NCBI GenBank assembly: GCA_903902705.1
Contig: CAIUVX010000113.1
Span: forward strand, 1,736 to 65,735
Source: an uncultured Methylococcales bacterium
Lineage (GTDB): Bacteria > Pseudomonadota > Gammaproteobacteria > Methylococcales > Methylomonadaceae
Direction: 5' to 3'
DNA: 64,000 bases
Each line of letters opens with the position of its first letter. Position 1 is the stretch's first letter. Positions 1 to 9,766 of the stretch are shown here, one piece after another. Under the pieces are notes generated by a model. The model did no database searches, was not told where the DNA came from, and was given only the letters and a program-made list of their open reading frames with translations. The position numbers were made by a program, and so were the translations under genes.

Positions 1-1
1 A

Positions 2-1708
2 GCCTACTGTTTTTTACGCCGTGTCGAAAATCACATTCAGCAATACCAAGATAAACAAACTCACGATTTGCCGACTAGCGAAATAGTGCAGACTATTCTG
101 GCGTATTCGCTGGATTATGTTGATTGGCACAGTTTTAAAACCGAATTAGATACAGTAAGAGCAGGCGTTCACGCGCTGTTCGATCAAGTGTTTTCGGTAT
201 CTAAGCAAGGGGAAATTCAGCAACTTAATCAAAAAATATGGCTGGGTGTTGCCGATGAACAAGAATTATTGGATGACTTAGGTGAATGCGGTTTTCGCCA
301 TCCTCACGCCAGTCTTGCCGCATTACAGCATTTTAAAAATGCCACTAATATCCGCCGTTTGAGTAGCAAAGGCGCAGGTGTGTTAAATCGTCTAATGCCA
401 CAACTATTCACTTCACTACAAAACGTGGCAAATCCCGATGAAACACTCCATCGCATTTTGGATTTATTTACCGCCGTAGCAGGACGAACAGTTTATTTAT
501 CATTATTGGAAGAAAATCCTCAAGGTTTAGCGCAACTTATTAAACTGTCAGCCGCCAGTCCTTGGATTTGTGAGCATTTAGCCAGCTATCCAATTTTATT
601 TGATGAACTGCTTGATGCTGATTCCTTGTATATTCCGCTCAAAAAATCCGATTTAAACGCCCAGCTTGAGGGTTTGTTAGCCTCTGTTGATGTGCAGGAT
701 TTAGAACGTTTAATGATAGTGTTGCGGCAATTCAAACAACAACAAGTATTGCGTGTTGCAGCGGCTGATATTATGGGGGTGTTGCCTTTGATGGTCGTCA
801 GTGATTACTTAACCTATATTGCCGAAAGCATCGTTGAGCAAGTATTAGCTCATGCTTGGTTAATGCTGGTGGAAAAACACGGTTATCCGCCTGAATGCCA
901 CGATGAACCCAAAGGTTTTGCGATTCTTGGTTTTGGTAAATTGGGCGGATTAGAATTAGGCTATGGTTCTGATTTGGACATGGTGTTTTTATATGACTGT
1001 GCCGATGGTAACGCCTTAACTAATGGCGATAAACCTATTTCAGCGGCACAGTTTTACGGGCGTTTAGGACTAAAAGTACGGCATATTTTAGATACTAAAT
1101 TGTTATCGGGCGTGCTGTATGAAGTCGATATGCGCTTACGTCCATCGGGTGATTCAGGTTTATTAGTCACACCACTCAGTAGCTACGAAGATTATTTAAC
1201 CAATCAAGCGTGGACGTGGGAACATCAAGCCTTAGTCAGAGCGCGATTTATTGCAGGTGATGAAAATTTAAAAAACCAATATCAAGCTATACGTCATCGT
1301 GTATTAAGTTTGCCGCGTGATAAAGACGCATTGAAAATTGAAGTCCGCGAGATGCGCGAAAAAATGCGCACTGCTTTAGCAACCAAAGATAGCGATAAAT
1401 TTGATTTAAAACAAAGCAAAGGTGGCATTGCAGATATTGAATTTATGGTGCAGTTTGGTATTTTAGCGGAAGCGGCTGAGCATCCCTCATTAACCACTTA
1501 CACCGATAATGTCCGCTTGCTGGAAGGTTTACAGGCTCACTGTATCATCTCGCAACACGCCGCTGATACGCTAAAAGCCGCCTATTGTGCGTACCGTGAT
1601 AGGGGACATAAACAAGTATTACAAGGTGACAAAGCCGTTATTGCTGAAACTGAAGTGACTGACCTGCGCGTTCAAGTTGAACAAATTTGGCGGGAAATAA
1701 TGGAATGA
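2..1708 (+). CDS. glnE: Glutamine synthetase adenylyltransferase/adenylyl-removing enzyme, C-terminal part (5' end lies upstream of the window)
   Basis: The frame is open from base 2 (AYCFLRRVENHIQQYQDKQTHDLP...), upstream of the TTG used in the ORF track. The product shows the GlnE nucleotidyltransferase region (GFGKLGGLELGYGSDLDMVFLY, DMRLRPSG, GGIADIEF). Confidence 0.9.
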   Translation, partial: AYCFLRRVENHIQQYQDKQTHDLPTSEIVQTILAYSLDYVDWHSFKTELDTVRAGVHALFDQVFSVSKQGEIQQLNQKIWLGVADEQELLDDLGECGFRHPHASLAALQHFKNATNIRRLSSKGAGVLNRLMPQLFTSLQNVANPDETLHRILDLFTAVAGRTVYLSLLEENPQGLAQLIKLSAASPWICEHLASYPILFDELLDADSLYIPLKKSDLNAQLEGLLASVDVQDLERLMIVLRQFKQQQVLRVAAADIMGVLPLMVVSDYLTYIAESIVEQVLAHAWLMLVEKHGYPPECHDEPKGFAILGFGKLGGLELGYGSDLDMVFLYDCADGNALTNGDKPISAAQFYGRLGLKVRHILDTKLLSGVLYEVDMRLRPSGDSGLLVTPLSSYEDYLTNQAWTWEHQALVRARFIAGDENLKNQYQAIRHRVLSLPRDKDALKIEVREMREKMRTALATKDSDKFDLKQSKGGIADIEFMVQFGILAEAAEHPSLTTYTDNVRLLEGLQAHCIISQHAADTLKAAYCAYRDRGHKQVLQGDKAVIAETEVTDLRVQVEQIWREIME

Positions 1709-1753
1709 ATAATAGACTTGTGCAACATAGTAAAAACTAGCGTGAACAGGAGT

Positions 1754-1780
1754 CCAATAGCTTTAGAGACTGTGAAAGCA
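1754..1780 (+). repeat. 27-nt repeat CCAATAGCTTTAGAGACTGTGAAAGCA, the left arm of an inverted pair with 2346..2372. A third core copy (CTTTCACAGTCTCT) lies at 1874..1887.
   Basis: Direct comparison: the reverse complement of 2346..2372 is CCAATAGTTAAAGAGACTGTGAAAGGT, about 22 of 27 identical. Confidence 0.6.
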
Positions 1781-1833
1781 TTCAAAAACCATCAAAACAT
1801 TATTTTTTAACTTATTTATTTATATATGATAAT

Positions 1834-1861
1834 GGAGTCAAAACTCATGAGTTTTGACTCC
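1834..1861. terminator. Perfect 28-nt palindrome GGAGTCAAAACTCATGAGTTTTGACTCC between convergent glnE and the 141-aa membrane protein gene; candidate bidirectional terminator
   Basis: 12-bp perfect stem seen in the sequence, sitting between two convergent 3' ends. There is no clean U-tract, so the terminator role is inferred. Confidence 0.45.
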
Positions 1862-1913
1862 ATCATCGAATACTTTCACAGTCTCTGGAGCGTTGGAACG
1901 TACACGGTACGAG

Positions 1914-2339
1914 TTAACCACCCGCCAAGTGAAAATTGGCAATAATGTAACTAACGATAAAGCAAAATATCGTTATTGGCGTTATTATCGTTATTGTCGT
2001 TATTATTACAACATTCCATGAGAAATTCATCAGTTGCTTGAGCAAAATAACAGGTGCAAAGGTGAACAAAATCACAAAAAAATAAAACCAAACATTTTCA
2101 CTACCAAAGACGGACATGAGGTGAGCATATTCGTTCTTCACGTTGGTTCCAAAACTAAAAGCAATAGCCACTGTGGTTGCGAAGGCAATGAACCATATCA
2201 GCCCCATGAATATGGGATTAGTATCTTTACTTTTCAATTCGAGATGTACTTTTTTTAGTTCTGCTGCTTCACTTATTTCTTTTTGCCTTTCATTTGCTCT
2301 GGCAATTTCTTCTGGTGTCCAAGAATCATTATTATTCAT
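1914..2339 (-). CDS. Hypothetical small integral membrane protein (about 141 aa from the ATG at 2339; the ORF track extends to a GTG at 2354)
   Basis: Charged N-terminus followed by hydrophobic stretches (IFMGLIWFIAFATTVAIAF, VWFYFFVILFTFAPVILL, VVIITTITIITPITIFCFIVSYII). AAAGG lies 8 nt upstream of the ATG. No family recognised. Confidence 0.55.
   Translation of the reverse strand: MNNNDSWTPEEIARANERQKEISEAAELKKVHLELKSKDTNPIFMGLIWFIAFATTVAIAFSFGTNVKNEYAHLMSVFGSENVWFYFFVILFTFAPVILLKQLMNFSWNVVIITTITIITPITIFCFIVSYIIANFHLAGG
1971..2006. repeat. Four tandem 9-bp units (CGTTATTGG CGTTATTAT CGTTATTGT CGTTATTAT), in frame, inside the membrane protein gene
   Basis: Read directly from the sequence. 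On the minus strand it encodes the ITTITIITPIT segment. Confidence 0.7.
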
Positions 2340-2345
2340 AGAGAT

Positions 2346-2372
2346 ACCTTTCACAGTCTCTTTAACTATTGG
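2346..2372 (-). repeat. Right arm of the 27-nt inverted repeat; overlaps the 5' UTR and RBS of the 141-aa membrane protein gene
   Basis: See 1754..1780. Confidence 0.6.
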
Positions 2373-2433
2373 CTAAAAACAGCTAAAGCTGTTTTACTCC
2401 GACTGTGGCGCAAAAAATCTAATAAAATAAAAA

Positions 2434-2466
2434 GCCCTCTCCTTGGGGAGGGTTGGGTGAGGGAGC
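2434..2466. repeat. Hairpin repeat GCCCTCTCCTTGGGGAGGGTTGGGTGAGGGAGC, same family as 62454..62485 and 62510..62544
   Basis: Self-complementary CCCTCTCC/GGAGAGGG-type core followed by GTTGGGTGAGG. It lies just downstream of the nitroreductase gene 3' end. Confidence 0.6.
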
Positions 2467-3069
2467 TTATTCAATACCCTTGCCCCATTGCCCCGCATAA
2501 AACCGCTCACCCAAGGTAACGCGTGAGCGTTGATCTAATTCGATTGCTTTAAAATCTTCATGAAGCACATCAACATCGGCTTGATAGCCAACTGCCAACA
2601 TTGCCATTGGTGTGCAGTCATGAGGTAAATGAAATAATTCGCGGGTTTTTTCAGCATCAAAACCACCCATTTGATGGACAATTAGCCCTAAAGCTGTGGC
2701 TTGTAAAGATAGGTTAGCGCAAGCCGCTCCCGTGTCATACATTGCCCATCGGTTAGGTTTGTCGTTGTGATTAAAATTAGCCATTGCCACGGCAAGAATT
2801 AGCACAGGGGCATTTTTTGCCCATAATTGATTTCTTTCTACGATACTTGCGTATGCGTTTTGCCAACTGGTGGCATTGGTATTTTTATCGCACACCACAA
2901 AACGCCACGGCTGATCGTTAAAACAAGAAGCAGCCCAACGTGCAGCTTCTAGCAATGCCAATAAATCCTCATGACTGACGGCTTTATCAGCAGCAAACGC
3001 CCTTGGACTCCAACGGGTTTGAATAATATCGTGAATTTTTACACTGGTTATTGCAGATTTGGATTGCAT
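2467..3069 (-). CDS. Nitroreductase family protein
   Basis: 200 aa. N-terminal RWSPRAF-type motif and overall nitroreductase-fold pattern (PSA/CFNDQPWRF, later GGFD). Confidence 0.8.
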   Translation of the reverse strand: MQSKSAITSVKIHDIIQTRWSPRAFAADKAVSHEDLLALLEAARWAASCFNDQPWRFVVCDKNTNATSWQNAYASIVERNQLWAKNAPVLILAVAMANFNHNDKPNRWAMYDTGAACANLSLQATALGLIVHQMGGFDAEKTRELFHLPHDCTPMAMLAVGYQADVDVLHEDFKAIELDQRSRVTLGERFYAGQWGKGIE

Positions 3070-3114
3070 GGTCGTCTCCTTGGTTGAATAAAATTAAATA
3101 ACGCTTATTATCCG

Positions 3115-3342
3115 CTAACCTGCATGACTGCCATCGCAATACGGTGGAGTATTGGTTTTACCACAGGCACATAAATAAACGGTTTTAGTTTCTGCGGCAA
3201 CAAACGCTAACGGGCTATTTTCGGTTGTTTTATGAGATCCATCACAAAGTGGCATTGCTCCACTTAAACGACAACGACAGTGGTAATAGGTTTTTCCTGC
3301 TTCTACATTAACAGCTATCGGCGCGTTATATTTTTCAGTCAT
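3115..3342 (-). CDS. CDGSH iron-sulfur domain-containing protein
   Basis: 75 aa with two literal CDGSH motifs (PLCDGSHK and PYCDGSHA), each preceded by C-x-C. Confidence 0.9.
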   Translation of the reverse strand: MTEKYNAPIAVNVEAGKTYYHCRCRLSGAMPLCDGSHKTTENSPLAFVAAETKTVYLCACGKTNTPPYCDGSHAG

Positions 3343-3381
3343 GTCAATTTCTCTCGAATGGAATAAAGGATGGGGGTTAAA

Positions 3382-4227
3382 TTACAAAAGTGTTAATACG
3401 CCGTTACGGTAATCACGAAACGCTTGTTCAATTTCTTCAACAGTATTCATCACAAATGGTCCTGACTGTACAACGGGTTCATTTAACGGCAGCGCGGCTA
3501 ACAGCAAAAATTGTGCTGACTGCGTTTGCGTTACTATGCTTATGACATTGCCGTTGATTAACTGTCCCAGTTGTCCTGCTTGTAAAACTTTATTATCAAT
3601 CACCAGTTCGCCTTGATAAACATAAACTACTGCGGTGTGTTGTGCGTCTATTGGTACGGTAAGCGATTGCTGTGGACTTAACGATACATCCAAATATAAA
3701 GGTTGGGTACTGACACCTTGTACCGCGCCTTGAATGGATGAATACTCGCCCGCAATGATTTTAATAGTGCCACCATTTGCCAAATCAAGCTGCGGAATAG
3801 TGACGGCAGCAATGTCCTGATAATGTGGTGGTTTCATTTTTTCGTTGGCAGGTAAATTAATCCACAGTTGAAAACCGTGTAACAAGCCATTTTCCTGCTC
3901 TGGCATTTCAGAATGAATAATACCATGAGCCGCTGTCATCCATTGCACATCACCAGCGCGTAAATGCCCTTCGTTGCCTAAATGATCACGGTGTAACATT
4001 GCGCCTTTCAGCATATAGGTAACAGTTTCAAAACCACGGTGTGGATGACTGGGAAAACCGCCTAGGTAATCCGCTGGTTCATCTGAGCCAAATTCATCCA
4101 GTAACAAAAATGGATCAAACGCGTTTTTGTGCTGTGGACTAATTACCCGTTTTAATTTTACCCCCGCGCCATCACTGGTGGTTTGCCCAGTAATAATATT
4201 GACAAGTTGTCTAGTTTTCTCAGTCAT
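3382..4227 (-). CDS. Pirin family protein (bicupin)
   Basis: Pirin signature GFPSHPHRGFETVTYML and the C-terminal cupin half. The ATG at 4227 (MTEKTRQL) is preferred over the upstream ATG at 4239. Confidence 0.9.
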   Translation of the reverse strand: MTEKTRQLVNIITGQTTSDGAGVKLKRVISPQHKNAFDPFLLLDEFGSDEPADYLGGFPSHPHRGFETVTYMLKGAMLHRDHLGNEGHLRAGDVQWMTAAHGIIHSEMPEQENGLLHGFQLWINLPANEKMKPPHYQDIAAVTIPQLDLANGGTIKIIAGEYSSIQGAVQGVSTQPLYLDVSLSPQQSLTVPIDAQHTAVVYVYQGELVIDNKVLQAGQLGQLINGNVISIVTQTQSAQFLLLAALPLNEPVVQSGPFVMNTVEEIEQAFRDYRNGVLTLL

Positions 4228-4687
4228 CTTGCACCCCAAAAAAACTATTTTTCAGCAAATAATCATCGACTGAATAACGCCCACCGCCGATAAACATTAA
4301 TGCTGCGCTCGCTGATAATAACGCCAGTGCGTATTCAATGCCGTGTGTATCCATGAAAAAACCCTTACCCAAATGCACAGCTAACAGCGCGACTAACATA
4401 GTCAAGGCATTCACAGCGGCAGAAGCACGGGTAAATAAACCCAGTATTAAGCCGACACCGCCAAAAAATTCCGCACTACCCGCCAATAACGCCATAAGAA
4501 AATCAGGTTGTAAACCGACCGATGCCATCCATTGTCCTGTACCTTCCAAACCATAACCGCCAAACCATGCAAATAGTTTTTGGCTACCATGTGCGGCAAA
4601 AATCAAGCCAATCGGTACACGCAGTATCAGTACTTCCCAACCTGCATTCGCTGCTAATGTTTTGTTTATTAATGCTTTCATATTCAA
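4220..4687 (-). CDS. DoxX family membrane protein
   Basis: 155 aa with four hydrophobic helices and a DoxX-like GSQKLF..FGGYGL motif. It overlaps the pirin gene start, suggesting an operon. Confidence 0.8.
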   Translation of the reverse strand: MNMKALINKTLAANAGWEVLILRVPIGLIFAAHGSQKLFAWFGGYGLEGTGQWMASVGLQPDFLMALLAGSAEFFGGVGLILGLFTRASAAVNALTMLVALLAVHLGKGFFMDTHGIEYALALLSASAALMFIGGGRYSVDDYLLKNSFFGVQDD

Positions 4688-4760
4688 TCCTCTGCTTATT
4701 TAAATTGTTGAGTACATTATAGGGTTGGCTCACAAAATAAAAAGCGATAGATTTTGCTCA

Positions 4761-4780
4761 ATTCATGCAAAATATTTGAA
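4761..4780. promoter_or_regulatory. Candidate LysR-type T-N11-A operator (ATTCA-N11-TGAA) in the divergent doxX / lysR intergenic region
   Basis: Interrupted dyad read from the sequence, in the position expected for a divergently transcribed LysR regulator. No experimental or matrix support. Confidence 0.3.
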
Positions 4781-4801
4781 CAATTCACACGAGTAAAGCC
4801 G

Positions 4802-5695
4802 ATGAAATATCCTATCACCCTAGATGCACTGGAAGTATTGGATGCCATTGAGCGCAAAGGCAGTTTTGCTGCCGCAGCGAATGAGCTGTTTCGTGTACCG
4901 TCGGCAATCTCTTATAGCATACAAAAGCTGGAACAGGATTTGGATGTGGTATTGTTTCGCAAAGAAGGCAGGAAAGCCGTGCTAACGCCAGCGGGTAAAG
5001 TGTTACTGGAGCAAGGGCGGGAAATTTTGCAAGCAACGGAACGACTCGCCATGACCACGAAAAAAACCCATAGTGGCTGGGAAGCGGTTTTTAATATCGC
5101 CATAGATTCCATTTTGGATTTTGAATTTATCTATCCATTGATTGCACAGTTTTATGAAATACAGCCCGATATTGAAATTAACCTTTACGAAGAGGTACTC
5201 GGTGGTACCCAAGAAGCACTCGCCAGTAATCGCGTGGATTTAGTGATAGGAACAGGAACTGAATTTTTGCCAAGTCATAGCATTAAATATCAAAAAATTC
5301 AGGAGATTGAATGGACATTCGCCGTTGCTCCCGAACATGAATTGACTAAGACCACGTCGCCTTTATCCCGACAACTGATTGAGCAGTATCGTTTTATTGT
5401 GGTCAGAGATTCTGCCAGAAATCAAGCTCCGCAAAGTCAGCGGGTGTTTAGCAAGCGTCCTGTATTAAGTGTGCCATCAATAACAGAAAAAATACAGGCG
5501 CAGTGTTTGGGTTTAGGCGTTGGTTTTTTACCTGCACACAGGATTCACGATGTGCTTGCCCAAGGTTTGCTTATTGCACTGCCATTAGAAGAACCAATAC
5601 CGCCACTCGCTTTATGTATGGCATGGAAAACAAACAATAAAGGCAAAGTGTTACGCTGGTTTATCGAACAGTTATCCCAACACAACTTTGTTTAG
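4802..5695 (+). CDS. LysR family transcriptional regulator
   Basis: N-terminal wHTH (LEVLDAIERKGSFAAAANELFRVPSAISYSIQKLEQDL) plus a LysR substrate-binding domain. The ATG at 4802 gives the canonical N-terminus. Confidence 0.9.
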   Translation: MKYPITLDALEVLDAIERKGSFAAAANELFRVPSAISYSIQKLEQDLDVVLFRKEGRKAVLTPAGKVLLEQGREILQATERLAMTTKKTHSGWEAVFNIAIDSILDFEFIYPLIAQFYEIQPDIEINLYEEVLGGTQEALASNRVDLVIGTGTEFLPSHSIKYQKIQEIEWTFAVAPEHELTKTTSPLSRQLIEQYRFIVVRDSARNQAPQSQRVFSKRPVLSVPSITEKIQAQCLGLGVGFLPAHRIHDVLAQGLLIALPLEEPIPPLALCMAWKTNNKGKVLRWFIEQLSQHNFV

Positions 5696-5940
5696 CATTG
5701 CTTACCTTGTATGAAAATAACCAAACTACCAAAGGTTTCAAATACTTCGGCATTAATTTCGTCGTCTTCGATAATGCAACCAAGTTGCTCTTCAATCAAA
5801 GTAATCACATTAACCACACCAATAGAATCTAATTCGGCTAAATTGCCTAATAAGGGGGTCGCGCTATCAAATAAGGTAATATCTGATTCCAAGTGCAAGG
5901 CTTGTTTTAACAAGTCTTTTGCAAAGTTATTTATATTCAT
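5692..5940 (-). CDS. Acyl carrier protein-like (phosphopantetheine-binding) protein, stand-alone
   Basis: 82 aa, acidic, with an LAELDSIGVVNVI motif containing the DS(I/L) attachment serine. Its 3' end overlaps the convergent LysR gene by 4 nt. Confidence 0.65.
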   Translation of the reverse strand: MNINNFAKDLLKQALHLESDITLFDSATPLLGNLAELDSIGVVNVITLIEEQLGCIIEDDEINAEVFETFGSLVIFIQGKQC

Positions 5941-6131
5941 GTGTTACTCGGCGAACTGCTCGCAATAAATGTCATTAAGTACCCAATAATCGTTAAAATA
6001 GCTGTTGCCGAATTAATTTTCCTAAGCAGTTTTTTTATAAAAACAGACAATTATCTATGAAAACGGCTAATTGGACAATATTATTTATTCATTTAAGATA
6101 CTAACTATCAGCGTTCTTATTTGGTTTGTTT

Positions 6132-6944
6132 ATGAAAAAATTATTAATTTTAGTTTTATTTTTGCCTGTTTTAGTGAGTGCAGAGGTGTATCAATGGAAA
6201 GATGCAAGCCGTGAAGTACCTTTTTCTGATCGCTCCTCAGTACCTGATTCAAAAAAAATAGCGGTAGAGGCTGGCGTTGGTTTATATCGCGTTAAAACGG
6301 TTTATGATGGTGACACGGTCGTCTTAGAAGATGGGCAAAAAATTCGTTTATTAGGGATTAACACCCCCGAAGTACAACACCGTGACAAACTAGCTGATGC
6401 AGGTGGTGAAGATGCGAAAAACTGGCTGATTACCAAACTTAAAGACACCAATGTCCGCCTAGAAACCGATGCCGAAAAAACCGATAGTTACGGTAGAACC
6501 CTAGGCTATTTATTCACTGAAAATAAAGAATTCATCAATCAATCATTGCTTGCTGAAGGTTTGGCAGAAGTGAGTATTTTTCCGCCTAATTTGAAGTATG
6601 TGAATGAATTGGTAACAGCGTCCCAACAAGCAGAAAAAGCCAAACTAGGTATTTGGAAACGTCCTGAATATGCCGTTATTCCTGTGGATGAGCTAACAGA
6701 AGCGGGGCATTTTGGCTGGACACGCTTAGTGGGTAAAGTGAAATCCGTACATCCTGCCAAAAAATTTGTTTATTTACAATTTTCTGACCGCTTTGATGTG
6801 CGTATCGACATGGAATGGTTGTCGTTGTTTCCTGAGCTTAATAGTTATCAAGGCAAAACCATCGAAGTACGAGGCTGGCTGAATAAACGCAAAGATAAAT
6901 TTTCAATGTTAATTCGTCATCCCAGTGCTATAAAATCACTTTAA
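6132..6944 (+). CDS. Secreted thermonuclease (staphylococcal nuclease/SNase-like) family protein with an extra C-terminal domain
   Basis: Signal peptide MKKLLILVLFLPVLVSA. SNase motifs VYDGDTV..IRLLGINTPE and DSYGRTLGYLF. About 100 extra C-terminal residues. Confidence 0.8.
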   Translation: MKKLLILVLFLPVLVSAEVYQWKDASREVPFSDRSSVPDSKKIAVEAGVGLYRVKTVYDGDTVVLEDGQKIRLLGINTPEVQHRDKLADAGGEDAKNWLITKLKDTNVRLETDAEKTDSYGRTLGYLFTENKEFINQSLLAEGLAEVSIFPPNLKYVNELVTASQQAEKAKLGIWKRPEYAVIPVDELTEAGHFGWTRLVGKVKSVHPAKKFVYLQFSDRFDVRIDMEWLSLFPELNSYQGKTIEVRGWLNKRKDKFSMLIRHPSAIKSL

Positions 6945-7066
6945 TTCGCGTATCAAAAAACGCTAATGGGTTAAAACTGTAGTTTGTTATATTATAGCCT
7001 CATGTGTTATTTTCTTTTTCACCTCTTTTTGATAACCGATAACACATTAATAATTAGGAATAATCC

Positions 7067-7519
7067 ATGTTTGAAGACCTACGCGACCTCTATCAAGAGG
7101 TGATTTTTGACCACAACCGTAACCCGCGCAATTTTCGCATTATTGAGAATGCTGACCGACAAGTGGAGGGTTTCAATCCTTTATGCGGCGACCGTTTAAC
7201 GCTATTTTTAAAAATGAATGCTGATACTATTGAAGATGCCAGTTTTCAGGGTTCAGGATGCGCTATTTCTACCGCTTCGGTGTCGTTGATGACTGAAATT
7301 ATTAAAGGAAAAACCGAAACCGAAGCCGAAACCTTATTTAAGCTATTTCATGAAATGACCACAGGAAAAACTGAGGATATTCAATTAGAAGCGGTGGGAA
7401 AACTAGCGGTATTAGCAGGAGTGCGCGAATATCCCGCACGAGTGAAATGCGCAACACTGGCATGGCATACCTTAGATGCGGCATTAAAAAATCAGCAACA
7501 GGCTATTTCTACAGAGTAA
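7067..7519 (+). CDS. SufU/IscU-like (NifU N-terminal family) Fe-S cluster assembly scaffold or sulfur-transfer protein
   Basis: 150 aa with NPLCGD, GSGCAIS and RVKCATLAW cysteine motifs typical of SufU. No other suf or isc genes are adjacent. Confidence 0.8.
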   Translation: MFEDLRDLYQEVIFDHNRNPRNFRIIENADRQVEGFNPLCGDRLTLFLKMNADTIEDASFQGSGCAISTASVSLMTEIIKGKTETEAETLFKLFHEMTTGKTEDIQLEAVGKLAVLAGVREYPARVKCATLAWHTLDAALKNQQQAISTE

Positions 7520-7555
7520 AAATTTATTTTTTAACCAACTATGAAGAGGTGAAAA

Positions 7556-8338
7556 ATGGACCAGCGACAATTTTTTGCAATGCTATTAGCCATTGCAGGT
7601 ATGACAGCATGTGCAAGTAATCCAGTTATCGGTGGTGATCGTGTAATGTCTTCGCCCCCTTATTTACCCGTGACCTTGAGTGTACAAAGTGATAATCAGG
7701 GGAAATTACCCGAATTTCCTTTAAATTCTGATTCCTCACATTATCGCGCCTACATTCAAGCGACTCAGAATGACCGTTATCGATTGCGTGTGGTCAATAA
7801 CAGCAATCAACGGATAGGCTTAGTGATTGCTGTTGATGGTCGTAATATTATCAGCGGAAAGCAATCATGGCTGGCTAACAGTGAACGAATGTATATTTTG
7901 AATCCGCATGATAGCGCGGATTATGAAGGCTGGCGTACTGGCATCAATCAAACCAATCGTTTTTATTTTACCGAAGCCGAGAATTCTTACGCTGCCGCGT
8001 GGGGCGATAATTCAGCAATGGGTGTGATTGCTATGGCTGTGTATGCTGAACGTCCACGTCCGCAAATCTATAATAAAGATGAAGCAATGAGTGGTTCAGC
8101 ATCTAGGGCTGCTACACCATCCGCTGGTACTGGTTTTGGAGAAAGTACCTATTCGCCCAGCATGACAGTATCGTTTGAACCTAGCCCAGAACCCATGGAA
8201 AAACTATTTTTTAAATATGAATGGCGTGAAACTTTGTGCCGCAAAGGTATTTTGCAGGAATGTTCTCATGATAGCGGCAACAGCGGTAATCGACTGTGGA
8301 AAGAAGATGGTTTTGCACCGCCACCACCTTCACGCTGA
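7556..8338 (+). CDS. Hypothetical lipoprotein
   Basis: Signal plus lipobox-like LAIAGMTAC. 260 aa, no family recognised. GAGG lies upstream of the ATG. Confidence 0.6.
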   Translation: MDQRQFFAMLLAIAGMTACASNPVIGGDRVMSSPPYLPVTLSVQSDNQGKLPEFPLNSDSSHYRAYIQATQNDRYRLRVVNNSNQRIGLVIAVDGRNIISGKQSWLANSERMYILNPHDSADYEGWRTGINQTNRFYFTEAENSYAAAWGDNSAMGVIAMAVYAERPRPQIYNKDEAMSGSASRAATPSAGTGFGESTYSPSMTVSFEPSPEPMEKLFFKYEWRETLCRKGILQECSHDSGNSGNRLWKEDGFAPPPPSR

Positions 8339-8350
8339 TACATTGTTCCA

Positions 8351-9766
8351 ATGTATAAGGCATATATAGCAAAGCTGTCCTACGATTTTAAAACCCTGCG
8401 TAATCTGCTGGCGAAAGCGACACCGCCGCGTTCTGGCGATTATCTTGCGGGTGTGGCGGCTGCCAATAATCTGGAGCGCGTCGCGGCGCAATGGGTACTT
8501 GCCGATGTGCCGCTGAAACAGTTTCTCAATGAAGCATTAGTGCCTTATGAGCAGGATGAAGTCACCCGCCTGATTATTGATGAACATGACAGTGTGGCGT
8601 TCGCGCCTGTCAGTCATTTAACAGTCGGCGATTTTCGTGATTGGCTGTTGTCTGAGCATACGACCACCGAGGTATTAACCAGCATTGCCGCTGGTTTAAC
8701 CCCTGAAATGGTCGCGGCGGTGTCTAAAATTATGCGCATTCAGGATTTGATTCTGGTGGCGAAAAAATGCCGCGTGATTACCCGCTTTCGTGGCACGATA
8801 GGGTTAGAAAACCGCTTATCCACCCGTTTACAACCCAATCATCCTACCGATAATCCAGCAGGCGTTGCTGCCAGTTTGCTGGATGGTTTGCTGTATGGTT
8901 GCGGTGATGCGGTTATCGGCATTAACCCCGCATCAGATAATCTGGAAGCCACCTCGCGCTTGCTTTATATGCTGAATGACGTTATCGACCGCTATGCGAT
9001 ACCGACGCAATCTTGTGTGCTGGCTCATGTCACCACCACCTTAAAAGCCATTGAACAAGGCGCACCCGTTGATTTAGTGTTTCAATCCATTGCGGGTACA
9101 CAAAAAGCCAATGACAGTTTTGGTATTAATCTGAATATCTTACACGAAGCCCATCTCGCCGCGCTGGAACTGAAACGCGGTAGCTTATTCGATAATGGAA
9201 TGGGCAATAACTGTATGTATTTTGAAACGGGACAAGGTAGCGCGTTATCCGCCAATGCACACCAAGGACTGGATCAGCAAACCTGTGAAGCCCGCGCTTA
9301 TGCAGTTGCCCGCAAATTTAAACCACTGTTAGTCAATACCGTCGTTGGTTTTATCGGCCCTGAATATCTGTATGACGGTAAGCAGATTATTCGCGCAGGT
9401 TTGGAAGATCATTTTTGCGGCAAATTATTGGGCTTGCCGATGGGTTGTGATGTCTGTTACACCAACCACGCCGAAGCCGATCAGGATGATATGGATATGC
9501 TGTTGACACAATTCGCGGTGGCGGGCGGTACGTTTATTATGGGCATCCCAGGTGCGGATGATGTGATGCTCAATTATCAATCAACTTCATTTCATGACGC
9601 GCTGTATGTGCGCCAAGTGCTAGGCTTAAGACCCGCACCAGAATTTGAACACTGGCTGCAACAACACGGCATTTTTAATGCGGATAATCAATTGATGGCA
9701 CAACGCGAGTTACCCGCTTTATTTAAACCTGCGCTACAAAAACTGACTGGAGGCGGCAATGGCTGA
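8351..9766 (+). CDS. eutB: Ethanolamine ammonia-lyase large subunit
   Basis: 471 aa. N-terminal LLAKATPPRSGD, and end-to-end resemblance to EutB (INPASDN, FETGQGSA, NYQSTSFHD). Confidence 0.92.
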   Translation: MYKAYIAKLSYDFKTLRNLLAKATPPRSGDYLAGVAAANNLERVAAQWVLADVPLKQFLNEALVPYEQDEVTRLIIDEHDSVAFAPVSHLTVGDFRDWLLSEHTTTEVLTSIAAGLTPEMVAAVSKIMRIQDLILVAKKCRVITRFRGTIGLENRLSTRLQPNHPTDNPAGVAASLLDGLLYGCGDAVIGINPASDNLEATSRLLYMLNDVIDRYAIPTQSCVLAHVTTTLKAIEQGAPVDLVFQSIAGTQKANDSFGINLNILHEAHLAALELKRGSLFDNGMGNNCMYFETGQGSALSANAHQGLDQQTCEARAYAVARKFKPLLVNTVVGFIGPEYLYDGKQIIRAGLEDHFCGKLLGLPMGCDVCYTNHAEADQDDMDMLLTQFAVAGGTFIMGIPGADDVMLNYQSTSFHDALYVRQVLGLRPAPEFEHWLQQHGIFNADNQLMAQRELPALFKPALQKLTGGGNG

